From: Eledone cirrhosa
Lineage: Eukaryota
Length of the DNA stretch: 64,000 nucleotides
Direction: 5' to 3'
Assembly (NCBI GenBank): GCA_964016885.1
Contig: OZ024758.1
Coordinates: 14,260,001-14,324,000 of the forward strand
Shown in pieces: positions 1 to 13,106 of this stretch (the stretch's first letter is position 1; every line of letters begins with the position of its first letter). The notes under the pieces were generated by a model. That model was not told the DNA's origin. It ran no database searches and saw nothing but the letters and a program-made list of their open reading frames with translations. Both the position numbers and the translations under genes were made by a program.

Positions 1-859
1 AAGGACAGAGAGAGTGAGACAGGTAAGCGAGACAGAGGGGGGAGTGAGACAGGTGAGAGCACATCAGAAATTACTGTCCTCAACCAGACATGTTGCTTAC
101 TGAGAGCCATCACTCCGGGGCGGAAGGAGAGAGAAAATGAGAGTAAGTACCGGATCGTGAAATCGGCCTTCAAGGGACAGGGTCATGACAACTCGGTATA
201 GAGGGTAAAGATTGGGGAAAAGTGGAAGAAGTAGATCCATAACATTGATCGGTACATGCATGGCTAAGGTACTTCTTTTTATGTGTCAGCAAACATCGTA
301 CTTAGATAATCAGTGTGGTGGTGGTGTAGGAGGGGGGGGCACCATGTCAGGGGTTAAAGGAAGAGGATGGGGAAACCTAAATGTCGATATATCTTAGATG
401 CTACACCATGATCTTCTCATGTAGTGCCAGATTTAGGACAAATGAGGCCCTGTGCTAGTTAAGATATGACGCCCCTTACTTGGGCCCTGAAGGAAATAAA
501 AAAAATTTCTGGGTTCCCTAGACTGAGTGCCCAGCACTTCTTTATAATGATAATAATAAAAATTATTGTACAATGCTCAGGTGCACTATAACTCATCAAA
601 GGTGCATGCTTAGTACATAGAATAATTGTTTCTACTTTTGGCACAAGGCAAGCAATTACCCCAGTGCATTACTTGTACTTTATGTTATCAACCCCGTAAA
701 GATGAAAGGCAAAATTAACCTCAGCGGGATTTGAACTCAGACCGTAAAGGGCCATAACTATGCTGTAAAGCATGGTGTCTGATCCTCTACCGATACTGCC
801 AATCCGTCCCCTTCTATAGTACATATAATAAGGTACAAATGTCAGGAAATAAAGCTGTC

Positions 860-1360
860 ATCTTCCTGTATGCAACACATGTCCATACCAATGCAGCTTC
901 CTCTCTTGTCCACCACATTTGATCCCTCTTATGCCCAGTTTTTCTCTTTCTACATTATTGCACTATATCATTCATGTACTATTGCTCATCCATCAGAACA
1001 TTCTTGCCACATTTCTTTCTAATCTTTGTAAATCCTTTGCACTCAAGGCCCAAGTTTCACTTTTGTGCAGCATCACAATTCACACACGGGCGTCATTCAA
1101 TTTGCTGCTCACTGTGAGACAGAACCCCCTTGTGGTCAAAAGAGATTGTTGGTCATTGAACTTTTTCCAACCAGTTCTCATTTTGAATATTGTACTTTCA
1201 GAACATCCACCTCCACTACTAATTATATTAGCAGAAACTGTCAACAACATCTAGAGAGCTATCACAGCATTTGATAGCACCTGTATCATATACCCTCTTA
1301 CTGCTTACTGCCCCTGTACATCTGCTACATGCCAAGTCTACATTCTTCATTAGCCTACCT
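860..1360 (-). mobile_element. Degenerate fragment of the same RTE family (3' half)
   Basis: Reverse complement resembles 5050-5520; antisense peptide LNFFQPVLILNIVLSEHPPP matches that of the intact copy. Confidence 0.75.
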
Positions 1361-1699
1361 GAGGAGAAGAAGGTAAATTGAAAATTATGAATGTCAGGGA
1401 AAACTCAGATTTAAGCATCCTGTCCAGCCCATGCCAGTATGGAAAGGTGGACATAAAAACATAAAATCATGATGATGACATACATATATATATATATGTG
1501 AGTATGTGTGTGTATATATAGAATATAATCATCATCACCGTTTAATATCTGTTCTTCCACGCTAGCATGGGTTAGACAGGTTGTCCTGTTGTGGGCAGTG
1601 TCTGGTTGGCTGACCTTGTCTTGCTCATACTGGAACCGATTCTAGGTTGATTTCTACAGCTGGATGCCCTTCCTAACACCAACCTCATTTACAATGAGT

Positions 1700-1741
<42 letters not shown>

Positions 1742-1793
1742 AATATAGATGGAAAAATTATCTTTTAAATCATATTTATTTCCTTCCACACGT

Positions 1794-1828
<35 letters not shown>

Positions 1829-2529
1829 CACTTTTGATGTATGTATGTGTATATACATATGTGTATATACATATGTGTATGTGTGTGTATATGTATATCT
1901 CAGTGGATGCGACCAGATTTCAACACAGCAACAACTACAACAACAACAGCAGCAACACCAACAACAACAACAACAGCAACAACACCATCGTCTGTGTTGA
2001 ATGTGTGTGTATGTATTTGTATATATGCGACAGCAATAACAGCATCAACACCATTGTCTGCAGCAACAGCAGCAGTGAAATGAAGGACAACAACAACAGT
2101 AACAACTACAATAACAACTACAGCACCAACAACTGCCACCACCATCACTGACCATCCTCCACCACCACGCTGATACCATCCACCACCACCACACTGACAC
2201 CATCCACCACCACCACACTGACACCATCCACCACCGCCATTACCAGCGTAAACAAACAATTATTATTGTTATTGTTATTATATACAAGCCGAACTGGACT
2301 GGGAAAGGTCAACAGTTGACATGATAGTGATTTTGACGATTTTGATTTTGATTTTGATTTTGTATCAGTACTGTCGGTAATATATGTATATATATATATG
2401 TTTGTGAGTGGTGTGCGTGATTGTATGCATGAATGAGTGTTGGTATGTGTGGTTGTGGTTTGTATGCATGAGTATTAGTGTGTGAGTCGTGTCAATAAGT
2501 TTTTTTTATTTTTTTTTTATTTTTTTTAT

Positions 2530-5500
2530 GACCATGCTGTAAAATGGAGGGGTAGAGAGGGCCCTTGAGTCTAGTAAGACATCCTCTCTAGTGCTGGTGG
2601 CACAAATAAAAGCACCCAGTCCATGCTGTAAAGTGGCGCTGGTGTTAGGAAGGGCATCCAACCAGTGTATCAATGCCAAAAAGCTTATCAGCACAGCAAC
2701 AAAACAGCATAGAAAAATATGAAGACGTCGCATCTCAGAGTTGCAACACTTAATGTTGGCACTCTCAGAGGTAGGTCTGCTGAAATAGCGGAGATGCTGG
2801 AGAGAAGGCAGGTGGATGTGTGCTGCGTGCAAGAGGTGAGATGGAGGGGTGCCTCTGCGAGACTAGTCGTAGGCAAGCGTCTTAGCTATAAGCTATTCTG
2901 GGTAGGTAAGGATAATGGGTTAGGGGGAGTAGGCCTTTTCCTGGCTGAGAAATGGATCAATAAGACAATAGAGGTAGTTCGAGTTAGTAATCGAATAATT
3001 AAGCTTAGATTAGTTGTAGGTAGGAGACTACTGACAATCATCTCGGTCTATGCTCCCCAAGCAGGCCTAGGCAAAGATGAGAAAGACTGCTTTTATGAGC
3101 AACTTTTGCAAACAACCACAATGACAGAGGACGGAGACATCGTTATGCTAGCAGGAGACTTCAATGGTCATGTTGGACAGCTCCAGGATGGTTACACTGG
3201 GGTACATGGTGGGCACGGTTACGGTTCAAGAAATGAAGAAGGAGTGAGACTTCTTGAATTTTGTGATGCAAGTACATTGACTATTTGCAACACAAACTTC
3301 CAGAAACCTGCCAATCACCTAATAACCTACAAATCTGGTGAGCACATAAGCCAGATTGACTTCCTGCTAGTTAGGCAGCGGGACAGGCAGATAGTGTCTA
3401 ATACCAAGGCATACCCTGGGGAAGAATGTACCCCACAGCATAGGTTAGTTGTTAGTGATATCTCAGTAAGCAAGAGATGGAATGAGACATATAGGAAGGT
3501 GTGGAGAAGAAAGGTCTGGAAGCTAAAAGACCTTTCACTAAAATTCAAATTTAGGAAAGCCCTTCAAGATGTATATGACGAAAAAGAAGACGATTTAGAG
3601 ACGTATGACATAGATAATAACTGGAAGTTCTTACGTGACAACTTGCTGAAGGCTACTGATGAAACCTGTGGCTGGAGCAGAGCTCCAACCAGACAGAGAG
3701 TGACCTGGTGGTGGAACAGCAGTGTAGATAAGGCTATTAGAGACAAAAGACTAGCATGGAAGGCTTGGAATAAGGGTGGGAGTAGGGAAGAATATACAGC
3801 CACTAAGAGAGAAGCTAGACGTCAGGTGTACTTAGCACGCAGGGAGGCAGAGAGTAGGAGGTTTGCCAATGTTCTGCGACGGGAAGATCAGAGGCGTGCG
3901 GTGTTCCACATTGCAAGGCAGTGTGTCAATGCAAATCAGGATGTTGTTGGTGATAAATGTGTCCGGGATGATGCCGGTGTACTTAGTGTCACGAATGACC
4001 AGAAAAAGGAGGCCTGGAAATGTCATTATGAGAGACTGATGAATGTGGAGAACGAATGGGAGAGAGAGAAATTACCCTTGGTAGATCCGACAGAGGGACC
4101 AGCTATTGAGATTGACGAATATAGGGTCCAAGAGGCGATTAGGGAAATGAAAAATGGTAAGGCGGCCGGACCATCGGGAATAGTTGCTGAGATGCTGAAG
4201 GCATCAGGGGACGTAGGCACTAAACTGGTTGCACGCATAATCAATCAGGCTATATATGGTGGTGTCGTACCCAAAGACTGGTGCAGCAGTATTCTCATAA
4301 ATTGCTACAAAGGTAAAGGGGATGCTTTGGAGAGGAGCAATTATAGGGGTATAAAACTGATAGATCAGGTTATGAAAGTGGCAGAAAGGATTTTAGCACA
4401 ACTAATTAGAGAAAGGGTCAAACTAGATGAGATGCAGTTTGGTTTTGTGCCTGGGAAGAGTACAACAGATGCCCTCTTCTTGGTGAGACAAATGCAAGAG
4501 AGGTTCTTAGAGAAGAATAAGCCACTATACTTAGCCTTTGTTGACCTAGAGAAGGCCTTTGATAGGGTACCCCGATCTGTCATCTGGTGGTCCCTAAGGA
4601 AGCTGGGTGTTGAGGAATGGCTTGTAAGGACAGTGCAAACTTTGTACAGAGGTACTCTCAGTAAAGTCAGGGTAGGAATGGAGTTTAGTGAGGAATTCCA
4701 GATACAAGTAGGAGTACATCAGGGTTCGGTCCTCAGCCCGCTCTTGTTCATTATAGTCCTCCAAGCCATAACAGAGGAGTTTAAGACTGGCTGTCCATGG
4801 GAACTTCTCTATGCTGACGATCTGGCTCTTATGGCAGAATCAGTAGAGGAGCTAGAGAATAAATTCCGGCTATGGAAACAGCAGTTGGAAGCAAGAGGAC
4901 TGAGAGTAAATCTAGCTAAGACAAAAGTGTTGAGTAGAAAAGAGGACAAAACCCTGATTCCGTCAGGGAAATGGCCATGTTCGATATGCAGAAAAGGAAC
5001 TGGCATAAATTCTATAAAATGCACACAATGTAGGTCCTGGGTACACAAGAGATGTAGCGGGATAGCAGGCAAACTAACAGGTAGGGAGAAATATGTATGC
5101 AGTAGATGTACAGGGAAATTAGACAGTAGAAGTCGCACTGATAGACACATTTTTCAAATGCGAGAGGGCGCTATAGAAGTGGTGGATAGCTTCCGGTACC
5201 TAGATCAGATTAGCATGGGAGGAGGGTGTTCCGAGGCCATAGTATCAAGAATAAGGACGGGTTGGAAGAAGTTTAGGGAGCCGCTTCCTCTGTTGACGAA
5301 GAAGGGTTTCTCCCTGCGTACGAAAGGCCGGTTGTATGATGCCTGTGTGAGGAGCGCGATGCTGCATGGTAGTGAGACATGGGCAGCTACCGCAGAAGAT
5401 ATGCGACGGCTGGAGAGAAATGAGGCAAGCATGCTCCGTTGGATGTGCAGTGTAAATGTGCGTGAACGACCCAGCATAAATGTGTTGAGAGAGAAACTGT

Positions 5501-5801
5501 GTCTGAGAGGGATAGAATGTAGTGTACGGGAGAGGAGACTGAGGTGGTATGGACATGTGATGCGCATGGAGGATGACCGATGGGTGAAGAAGTGCCAGGA
5601 AATGCCAGTTGAAGGAAGACGTGGTAGAGGTAGACCACGAAAAACATGGGCGGAGGTGGTGAGAACAGACCTCAGATCATTGAAGCTCACGGTGGAGATG
5701 ACGAGGGACCGTGACGAGTGGAGAGATGCTGTGCTGAATAAGACCCGTCCCACCCTTGCGAGCAGGGGAGGGCGGACGTAAAATGATGATGATGATGATG
5801 T
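2530..5801 (+). mobile_element. Near full-length RTE LINE with (GAT)n tail
   Basis: Single ORF, ~190-nt 5'UTR, stop codon followed by gatgatgat; no TSD recognised, 5' boundary approximate. Confidence 0.9.
2719..5781 (+). CDS. RTE-clade LINE ORF: APE endonuclease + reverse transcriptase with PHD-like zinc finger
   Basis: 1020-aa open ORF; APE motifs (ATLNV, CVQE, VYAPQ, GDFNGHVG, IDF, QHRLV); RT motifs (QFGF, FVDLEKAFD, GVHQGSVLSPLLF, YADD); RTE C-terminus RRLRWYGHVMRM, RGRGRPRKTW. Confidence 0.96.
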   Translation: MKTSHLRVATLNVGTLRGRSAEIAEMLERRQVDVCCVQEVRWRGASARLVVGKRLSYKLFWVGKDNGLGGVGLFLAEKWINKTIEVVRVSNRIIKLRLVVGRRLLTIISVYAPQAGLGKDEKDCFYEQLLQTTTMTEDGDIVMLAGDFNGHVGQLQDGYTGVHGGHGYGSRNEEGVRLLEFCDASTLTICNTNFQKPANHLITYKSGEHISQIDFLLVRQRDRQIVSNTKAYPGEECTPQHRLVVSDISVSKRWNETYRKVWRRKVWKLKDLSLKFKFRKALQDVYDEKEDDLETYDIDNNWKFLRDNLLKATDETCGWSRAPTRQRVTWWWNSSVDKAIRDKRLAWKAWNKGGSREEYTATKREARRQVYLARREAESRRFANVLRREDQRRAVFHIARQCVNANQDVVGDKCVRDDAGVLSVTNDQKKEAWKCHYERLMNVENEWEREKLPLVDPTEGPAIEIDEYRVQEAIREMKNGKAAGPSGIVAEMLKASGDVGTKLVARIINQAIYGGVVPKDWCSSILINCYKGKGDALERSNYRGIKLIDQVMKVAERILAQLIRERVKLDEMQFGFVPGKSTTDALFLVRQMQERFLEKNKPLYLAFVDLEKAFDRVPRSVIWWSLRKLGVEEWLVRTVQTLYRGTLSKVRVGMEFSEEFQIQVGVHQGSVLSPLLFIIVLQAITEEFKTGCPWELLYADDLALMAESVEELENKFRLWKQQLEARGLRVNLAKTKVLSRKEDKTLIPSGKWPCSICRKGTGINSIKCTQCRSWVHKRCSGIAGKLTGREKYVCSRCTGKLDSRSRTDRHIFQMREGAIEVVDSFRYLDQISMGGGCSEAIVSRIRTGWKKFREPLPLLTKKGFSLRTKGRLYDACVRSAMLHGSETWAATAEDMRRLERNEASMLRWMCSVNVRERPSINVLREKLCLRGIECSVRERRLRWYGHVMRMEDDRWVKKCQEMPVEGRRGRGRPRKTWAEVVRTDLRSLKLTVEMTRDRDEWRDAVLNKTRPTLASRGGRT

Positions 5802-7293
5802 GCATGTATATATATATATATTTTTTTATTTTTATGTTAGAATCGTCTAACTTCGCGAAACCATGGGTAATGGAATAATTATATTGTGTTGTTTATTTCA
5901 TAATGAAATAGCTCTGTATTATACACAGAGCACTCTTCTTTCTTTTACCTTTACCATGGAAATACTTATATATACACACACACCTACCTTTATTTTTTTT
6001 TCATATTTGAAAACGACTTATTCTACATATATGTATACATATATACACACAGAGAAGCTAAAAGTGCTAGAGAGAAAAACTAATTTTCTTATCATTGATT
6101 TGAATATCATTTCTTAATTAGAAAGAAACTATAAAATGCCAAACATGATATGAACAGTAATTTGGTTTCCACTGGTAAAATATTGATTTTATTTTATTAT
6201 TATATTCAGCAAAAGGTAAAAGGTAAATTTTGTGAAGGTTACAATGTAGATTTATTAATTTTAAAGATGAAGTTATACAAATTCAAACCCAGTGTCACTA
6301 AAAGTGGGGTTTGCGAAAAAAATTCTGGGGTTCTGCAACGTAAAGTGTACTTTAATAAAATTCAATAAAAATTATATATATTAACACTTAACATTTAATA
6401 TTCTATCATACTATTTCATTATGATACCATTATAAATTCTAAAGGATTGTAAATAAAACAAGTAAATCAGACAAAGTTGGAATTCCTTTTATTAATATAA
6501 TCTTCTATACACAATCATACACACCCGTGTATATTTATCTATCTATATATCTATATGATGGCTGCCAACTCGTTTTCGAGTACGGCCACTACTTTATATC
6601 CTACCGATGCGCTGAACGAGTGTGACTTTTTAGTCCAGCCAGCGACTTGAAAACTCTGGTACAAACACTACACTTGTGACAATTATTGACACATAGTGCT
6701 GGGCCCATGGTACCATGTGACGACAAGTGCAGAGAGATCTCCAGATATAAAGCAATGCCTGTGCCGTGAAGCTTTTATAGTGAGCAAAGGCACTGCACAA
6801 AGCCAGTCCCACTCTCTTAACCAAGATGATATTTACCAAAAAGAAGAACAAGTCAACATCATTGGATACCATCAGGGTTGCAGGTGTTATATCAGAGTTT
6901 TCCATATAATAATTGTTTCTACTTTTAGCACAAGGCCAGCAATTATCCAGTGTATTACTGGTACTTTATTTTATCGACCTCGTAAGGATGAAAGGCAAAG
7001 TTAACCTCGCCGGGATTTGAACTCAGATCATAAAGGGACGTAACTATGCTTCAAAGCATGGTGTCCGACTCTACAGATACTGCCAATCCACCGCCTATAT
7101 ATACAAATAATAATATTTCTACTTTTGGTACAAGGCCAGCAATTACACCAGTGCATTACCGGTGCTTTATTTTATCGACCCCACAAGGACGAAAGGCAAA
7201 GTTAACGTCAGTGGATTCAAACTCTGAACGTAAAGGGTCATAACTCTATGCTGCAAAGTATGGTGTCTGACGCTCTACCGATACTGCCAAACC

Positions 7294-7571
7294 AATAATA
7301 ATAAAAGAACAATTTGTTATGTCTTCATTACGTTTATTCAGTAGTGACGTGCGTTTCGCTATTGATCAGCTCAAGGTTCGATGGAATCGCCTCTGGAATC
7401 AAAAGCTCGTCGGACCTCTACTGCGGTAATGACAGCAGAGGCCCGATGAGATTTTGATTCCAGAAGCGGGCCAGATCGATACAAATTGAACCTTGAGCTG
7501 ATCAATAGCGAAACGCGCGTCACTACTCAATAAACGTAATGAAGACATAACAAATTGTCCTTTTATTATTA
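7294..7571. repeat. Imperfect fold-back inverted repeat, ~130-bp arms
   Basis: Arms meet near 7423-7430; contains gcgaaacgcgcgtc followed by aataaa. Confidence 0.85.
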
Positions 7572-7670
7572 TATTTACACTCTGCTTAGTTCTACACCTC
7601 TTTACAGACAGGAAACTATGCATGGAGTGCTCACTTGGGTGAACCTACAGTAACTGCACATTACACTGCC

Positions 7671-8043
7671 ATGGCTTAGTGGTTAGAGCATTGGCCTTGC
7701 AATCGAAAGGTTGTGAGTTCAATTCTCAGACCGGGTGATGTGTTGTTTCCTTGAGCAAGACACTTTATTTCACATTGCTCCAGTTTACTCAGCTGTAGAA
7801 ATGAGATGATAGGGACCGGGGTCCCTATCATTCCACTGCAAAGTGGTCGTGGAGGTGCCACGGCAAAAAATCTCCCAGCCCACACTGTAAAGTGGACGTG
7901 TAGGTGCCACGGAAAAAAAGCACCCAACACTCACTGTAAATGAGGTTGGTGTTAGGAAGGGCATCCAGCTGTAGAAATCAAGCCAGAATCAGTTCCCGTC
8001 ACACCCTTGCAAGCAGGGAAAAGTGGACGTAAAATGATGATGA
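7671..8043 (+). mobile_element. tRNA-derived SINE with RTE-derived body and tail
   Basis: A box tggcttagtggt, B box gagttcaattc, tail cacccttgcaagcagggaaaagtggacgtaaaatgatgat. Confidence 0.85.
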
Positions 8044-8050
8044 TATACAG

Positions 8051-8090
<40 letters not shown>

Positions 8091-9569
8091 AGAGTCCTGG
8101 GTTCAATCGGAGGTAATTACAATAAGTAAGGTACTCAATACATTAGTAGAGTGTATACAACAAAATTTAATATAGAAATAGCTTCTACAGGACTAGAACT
8201 GTTTCATTCAAAGGAAATCAGTTCTATTATTTACTCTTCTCTGGTCACCACCTTTAACCCTTTAGCATTTACATTACTCTATATTTACTATTGTATTTTG
8301 TGGTAAAGGCTTTACCTCACATAATTATCTCGCATAGTATCAAATCTATGAGATTTTTATATTTATTTTGAGAACAATACCTCAACATAAGTATAAGCAG
8401 CCAGTTACAGCCGGTTTGAACAGAGAGAGGTGAGAGAATTCTGGCCGGATATGGCTGGTTTAAATGCTAAAGGGTAATGGTATTTAGTAAATCATATCAG
8501 ACCCAGTACTTATTTTCTTTTATGTCTGGTATTTTATCAATCTCTTTGTGTCTGCCTGCTACATTATAGGACATCGACACACGCACACACATCATCATCA
8601 TCATCAATTACGTCCGTCTTCCACGCTAGCATGGGTTTGACGGGTCCTATTTTGAGGCAAGTTGTGTCGGGTAACCGTGTCTCGCTCAAATAGGTGTGAT
8701 TCTGGCTGGTTTTCTACAGCTGGATGCCCTTCCTAATGCCAACCACATTTACAGTGTGGGCTGGATGCTTTGCTTTTTTGGGGGGGGGGGGGGGCATTCT
8801 GTACATATGCTTCGGCTTGTGCTCATATATATATATATACTTTATCTATTATACCTAAGTTGTATCTGTTGAAGCAGCCCTTTGAAAATTCCTCGGATCT
8901 CCCAAATCCCGTAATTTTTAACTTTTAATTTGTAATTTTCCTCAATTCGTTTATATATATCTTTAAAGGCTCTCTAAAATTTTAATTCTTTGAAGGGTCT
9001 CTCGGAAGAGGTTCTTATTAAAAATATTAAAGGGGCCTTTTCTGAGGGATTTATTGAAGGCTTTTTGAATTAACCTTTAATTGATTAGTTTCTTTCAACT
9101 TAGTAGGGATTATCAAAACTTCGTAAATTTTCTGAAATTTTTTAACGTGATCTCTGGGAAAAAACATTTTTTTCTTTCGAAGGAATTTTTTAGGAAACTT
9201 TATATTTTTATTTTTTTAGTCTCTTAATCTCTTCTGGTTTGTTAGGTTTATTGGGGCTTATAAGCTTTATGCACTTATTGAGGGATTTTTTAAGGTGCTT
9301 CTACGAGATCCCAAGTCTTTTACTTTTAATGCGTAAATTATAAATTCTCTAATTTTTAACCTTCAATCTCTGACTCTTAGGCCCTTTTCAAATTCTCTTA
9401 ACTCCCCATAACCCATCCCTTTTACAACTCCGACAACTAATATAAAAGAGCCCCTTAGAATATAGACCCCAAATATACAAGCGTAGCTGTTGATGTATAC
9501 CACAATTTCAAACTGCTAATCTTGAGTGAAACGTTGATGTAAAAAATGAACTTACAATCACCTGTTATA

Positions 9570-9616
9570 TGCCTTGAAAAGTCCCACCATATGGTCGGAC
9601 GAAACGGCCGTTGGCA
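9570..9616 (+). ncRNA. Minimal type I hammerhead ribozyme-like motif (variant core)
   Basis: ugcc-UUGAAAA-gucc(caccauaugguc)ggac-GAAA-c(ggcc)g-UU-ggca; all three stems can be drawn; AATAAA follows. Confidence 0.6.
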
Positions 9617-9769
9617 ATAAACTTGTTATAATGTCATAATAGTTCCTTTGTTCTTTTTCATTAATATTTCTGCTCTGCTTATACGCATAGAGCTTAACTA
9701 GCTACCGTCGCATATTTGGTAGGTCAGGCGTGATCATCGCGATTCACATACGACCTACCATACATCTTG

Positions 9770-9811
<42 letters not shown>

Positions 9812-10289
9812 AGGCTTCAGGAATTTCTGTCAAGCAAATTTCGCTCACAAGGCTATATATAGAGGGGGTAAAAATAAAAATGGTGCCATTTTTATTTTAG
9901 TCACCTTGTATATAAAATGATATTTTGCAAAATTGTTACATATAAACTTGTATACATGCATACCACCTTATTTACTTCTTTCCTTCTAAAGAGAAATTAT
10001 CACTTTGTTCATGAAGAATGTCGACCATTAGAATTGGCCAGCATAATCAAATAAATAAGATATTGAGTCAAGGAGAAGACATAGAACATAAAAATTAAAA
10101 ATAAGAACAATGGAAAGCATGCTATTTCTGGTATATTTGAAATAATGCAATAGCACAAAGAATGGCACTAGGTTAAAAGTCTACTTTTCTTTGGTATGTA
10201 AATATTTAACTTATTTTAACAATACATCGTATCATTCATGATATGAATGTGTCAGACTGAACTCCTGTTTAAATGGGATATTAAGACTT

Positions 10290-11225
10290 ATAGGTCCAAT
10301 TCGTGATCTGATGTGTACAAATGATTGTCAACCTGTGGCTCACTCAAAAGAAGATATTCATCAGACAATAATGAGTTTCTTCTCCAATGCTTATATTGCT
10401 TTTGGACTTACAATAAACCCAAATAAAACTAAGGTGTGGTTTACATTTACTCTCGGTAAATGGTATGTGGAATTACATAAGCAGTTGTTCCCCCTGTATT
10501 CGTGGGGGGGGAGGCGGGTTACGTTTCTAGAGCACTCGCAAAGAGTGAAAATCTGCAAAGATTGGACGGGGTTCATAAAAATTCCTATAAACATCAAAAC
10601 ATAACATAAAATATAGGCTGGCAAATATGGGATATTGTTATTAATAATTTAGCATTAAAAAGCGTGAAGAAATATATATTGCCACGAAAAATGCCATAAA
10701 AATATTGTGGAAGATATTTACGATTCCGCGAACAATTATTAGTTAGGTTCTAAAGAAAATTCCGCGTTAACCGGGACTGTGAATGGTGAGGGTACACTGT
10801 ACTTGTTCAAGGGACCAGACTTGATGTAATGAATTATTTTCTATACCTCAACAGTTCTGTTTGGCTCCCTAGATTCTGAGACTAACTTGAGGATTGAGAA
10901 GGCATCAATTGCATTTAGGACGCCCGAGAAATAAGCAGTGCCAGATTTACCATTGTGCTTAGGTGTGCTTAAGCACAGGGCCCCATTGGCCGGGGAGGAG
11001 GGGGGGGTCTTCTTGGAAAGGGGTAGGCTGTCTCAGTATGGAAACTTGCTTTATCAAGTTCCATGTGTATTATGTCAGTCAAGCCATCAGTCTTGATGAT
11101 TTCAGGCTTCCAAACCAATTATTTCATGGAGAATTAGTTCTTGGTAAGCTTCCCCAGCACAAATTAAAAAAGAGATTTTATGATATCCTAAAAGATAATT
11201 TTAAGTTCTTTAATATCAACTGAAA
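10290..11225 (+). mobile_element. Old BovB-like RTE remnant interrupted by other repeats
   Basis: FFSNAYIAFGLTINPNKTKV and RLPNQLFHGELVLGK..KKRFYDILK. Confidence 0.65.
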
Positions 11226-13106
11226 ATATCTTGCACCTGAGAAAGGTGAATGATAATTGGTAACCAGTAAGATTTGATGGGCAGTTCAAAGACACTTGAG
11301 TTGCCCATCAAATAAAGAACCAAAATTCTCTCAGCCTCCAAATAACTGAAGTTCTGTGTTGTAGAGAGTCCAAGGAGCCAAGGATGATCTTACCTGCTCT
11401 GTTTGTCATCATCAGGGCCTATGAGGGGGAGGGGTCCAGCCGGTACTGTGTTCTGGGGCCCAAGAGCTAAGAAGGTTCCACATCTATTCCAACATCTATT
11501 TTGAGCAAAATCTTTGCCTGCTTTGGGTCCTAAAGAGGTCTTGTACCACCTTACAAAATTTCTCTTGGAGGCCCAGGTCATCATATTATATTTTCAAAAC
11601 CCAGTCTTGTTTACCCATGAGAGATCACATATTAGGAAATAAAGACAAGTTTATAAGCATGTCATTCATCACCTCCACCCAAGTACTGCACTCCTTACTG
11701 TTCAAAAGCATGCACATCTGTCAAATTGAAAAAAAAAACCTTTTGGATAAATGCATAAAGGATGCATCCTTTGTTTCTATCTGTGGTCATATTACAAAAA
11801 CCAATTCATGACGATGCTTTGGGATTGGTGGCTTAGAATGACCCCAGCTTCATTGAGCAAAAGCAAGAAAAAGAAGAGAAGAGACCCTAGTTAACCATGA
11901 GAAATCCCCTGTTGTGAGACAGTCTATGTACTTGTAATCTCACCAGTCCCATCAGAACACTGCTGTCATTCGTATTAAAAAGTATGCTACTGAGTTGAAA
12001 ATCTATTAACCCTTTAATGTTCAAACCGGCCAGAATTCTCTACCTCTTTCTGTTGAAACTGGCTGTAACTGGCCACTCATACTGATGTTAAGGTATTGTT
12101 CTCAAAATAATACTTTCAAAATCTCATAGATTCGATATTATGTGAGATAATTATGTGAGGTAAAGCCTTTACCATGAAAATATAATAGTATATATATAGA
12201 GTAATGTGAATGCTAAAGGGGTAAGACGAATAAACAAGGGTTTATCGCTGTAGATAATACCTTTAACCTAATTCCGTCCCACATTTATTGTAAAAAAAAA
12301 AAAAAAATTAAAACAAAATCAGGGGTAGGTAGTCAGTCATCTAAGGACATGACAGGGAAACTAGGATACCTGATATAGGTAAATTACTACGGTAAGGAAG
12401 TGGTTATGTTCCAGATCGGGTCAACTACCACAGATATATGTATGTTGTAAGAACATACATGCTTAGAAGTGTGCATTCATGTTGTTGTTTAGCTCAGATC
12501 GTGCAAATCTATGACCATTGATCAAGGGTATTCTAGACATGACCCTTGTTTTAGATGTATCTAGGACTACATTATAATAATAATGATAATAATAATAATG
12601 AAATTATTGTGTACAGTGCTCAGGTGCACTACAACTCATCAAAGGTGCATGTATAGTACATAGAATAATGTACAAATGTCAGGAAGATGAACAGTGTATG
12701 AGTCATGATATAATAATTGTTTCTACTTTAGGCACAAGGCCAGCAATTACCCAGTGCATTACTGGTACTTTATTTTATCGACCCCGTAAGGATAAAAGGC
12801 AAAGTCAACCTCGGCGGGATTTGAACTCAGATCGTAAAGTGTATGAGTCATGATATAATAATAATAATAATAATAATGAAATTATTGTGTACAGTGCCCA
12901 GGTGCACCACAACTCATCAAAAAAGTGCATGTACAGTACATAGGGCAATGCACAAACATCAGTAAAATGAACAGTGCACGAGTCATGATACACACGTGTG
13001 CATGTGTATGGAAGGGGTACATCGGGTGTAGTTTTGGCGTATTTCGGGAAGCATGAGTATCTTATCCAGTGTGACATTCCCTTATTTTAAACAGTTGTAT
13101 GTATTT

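Noticed and set aside
7671-7745. tRNA genes at SINE heads
   Set aside because: A/B boxes are present but there is no complete cloverleaf, and they are always fused to SINE bodies
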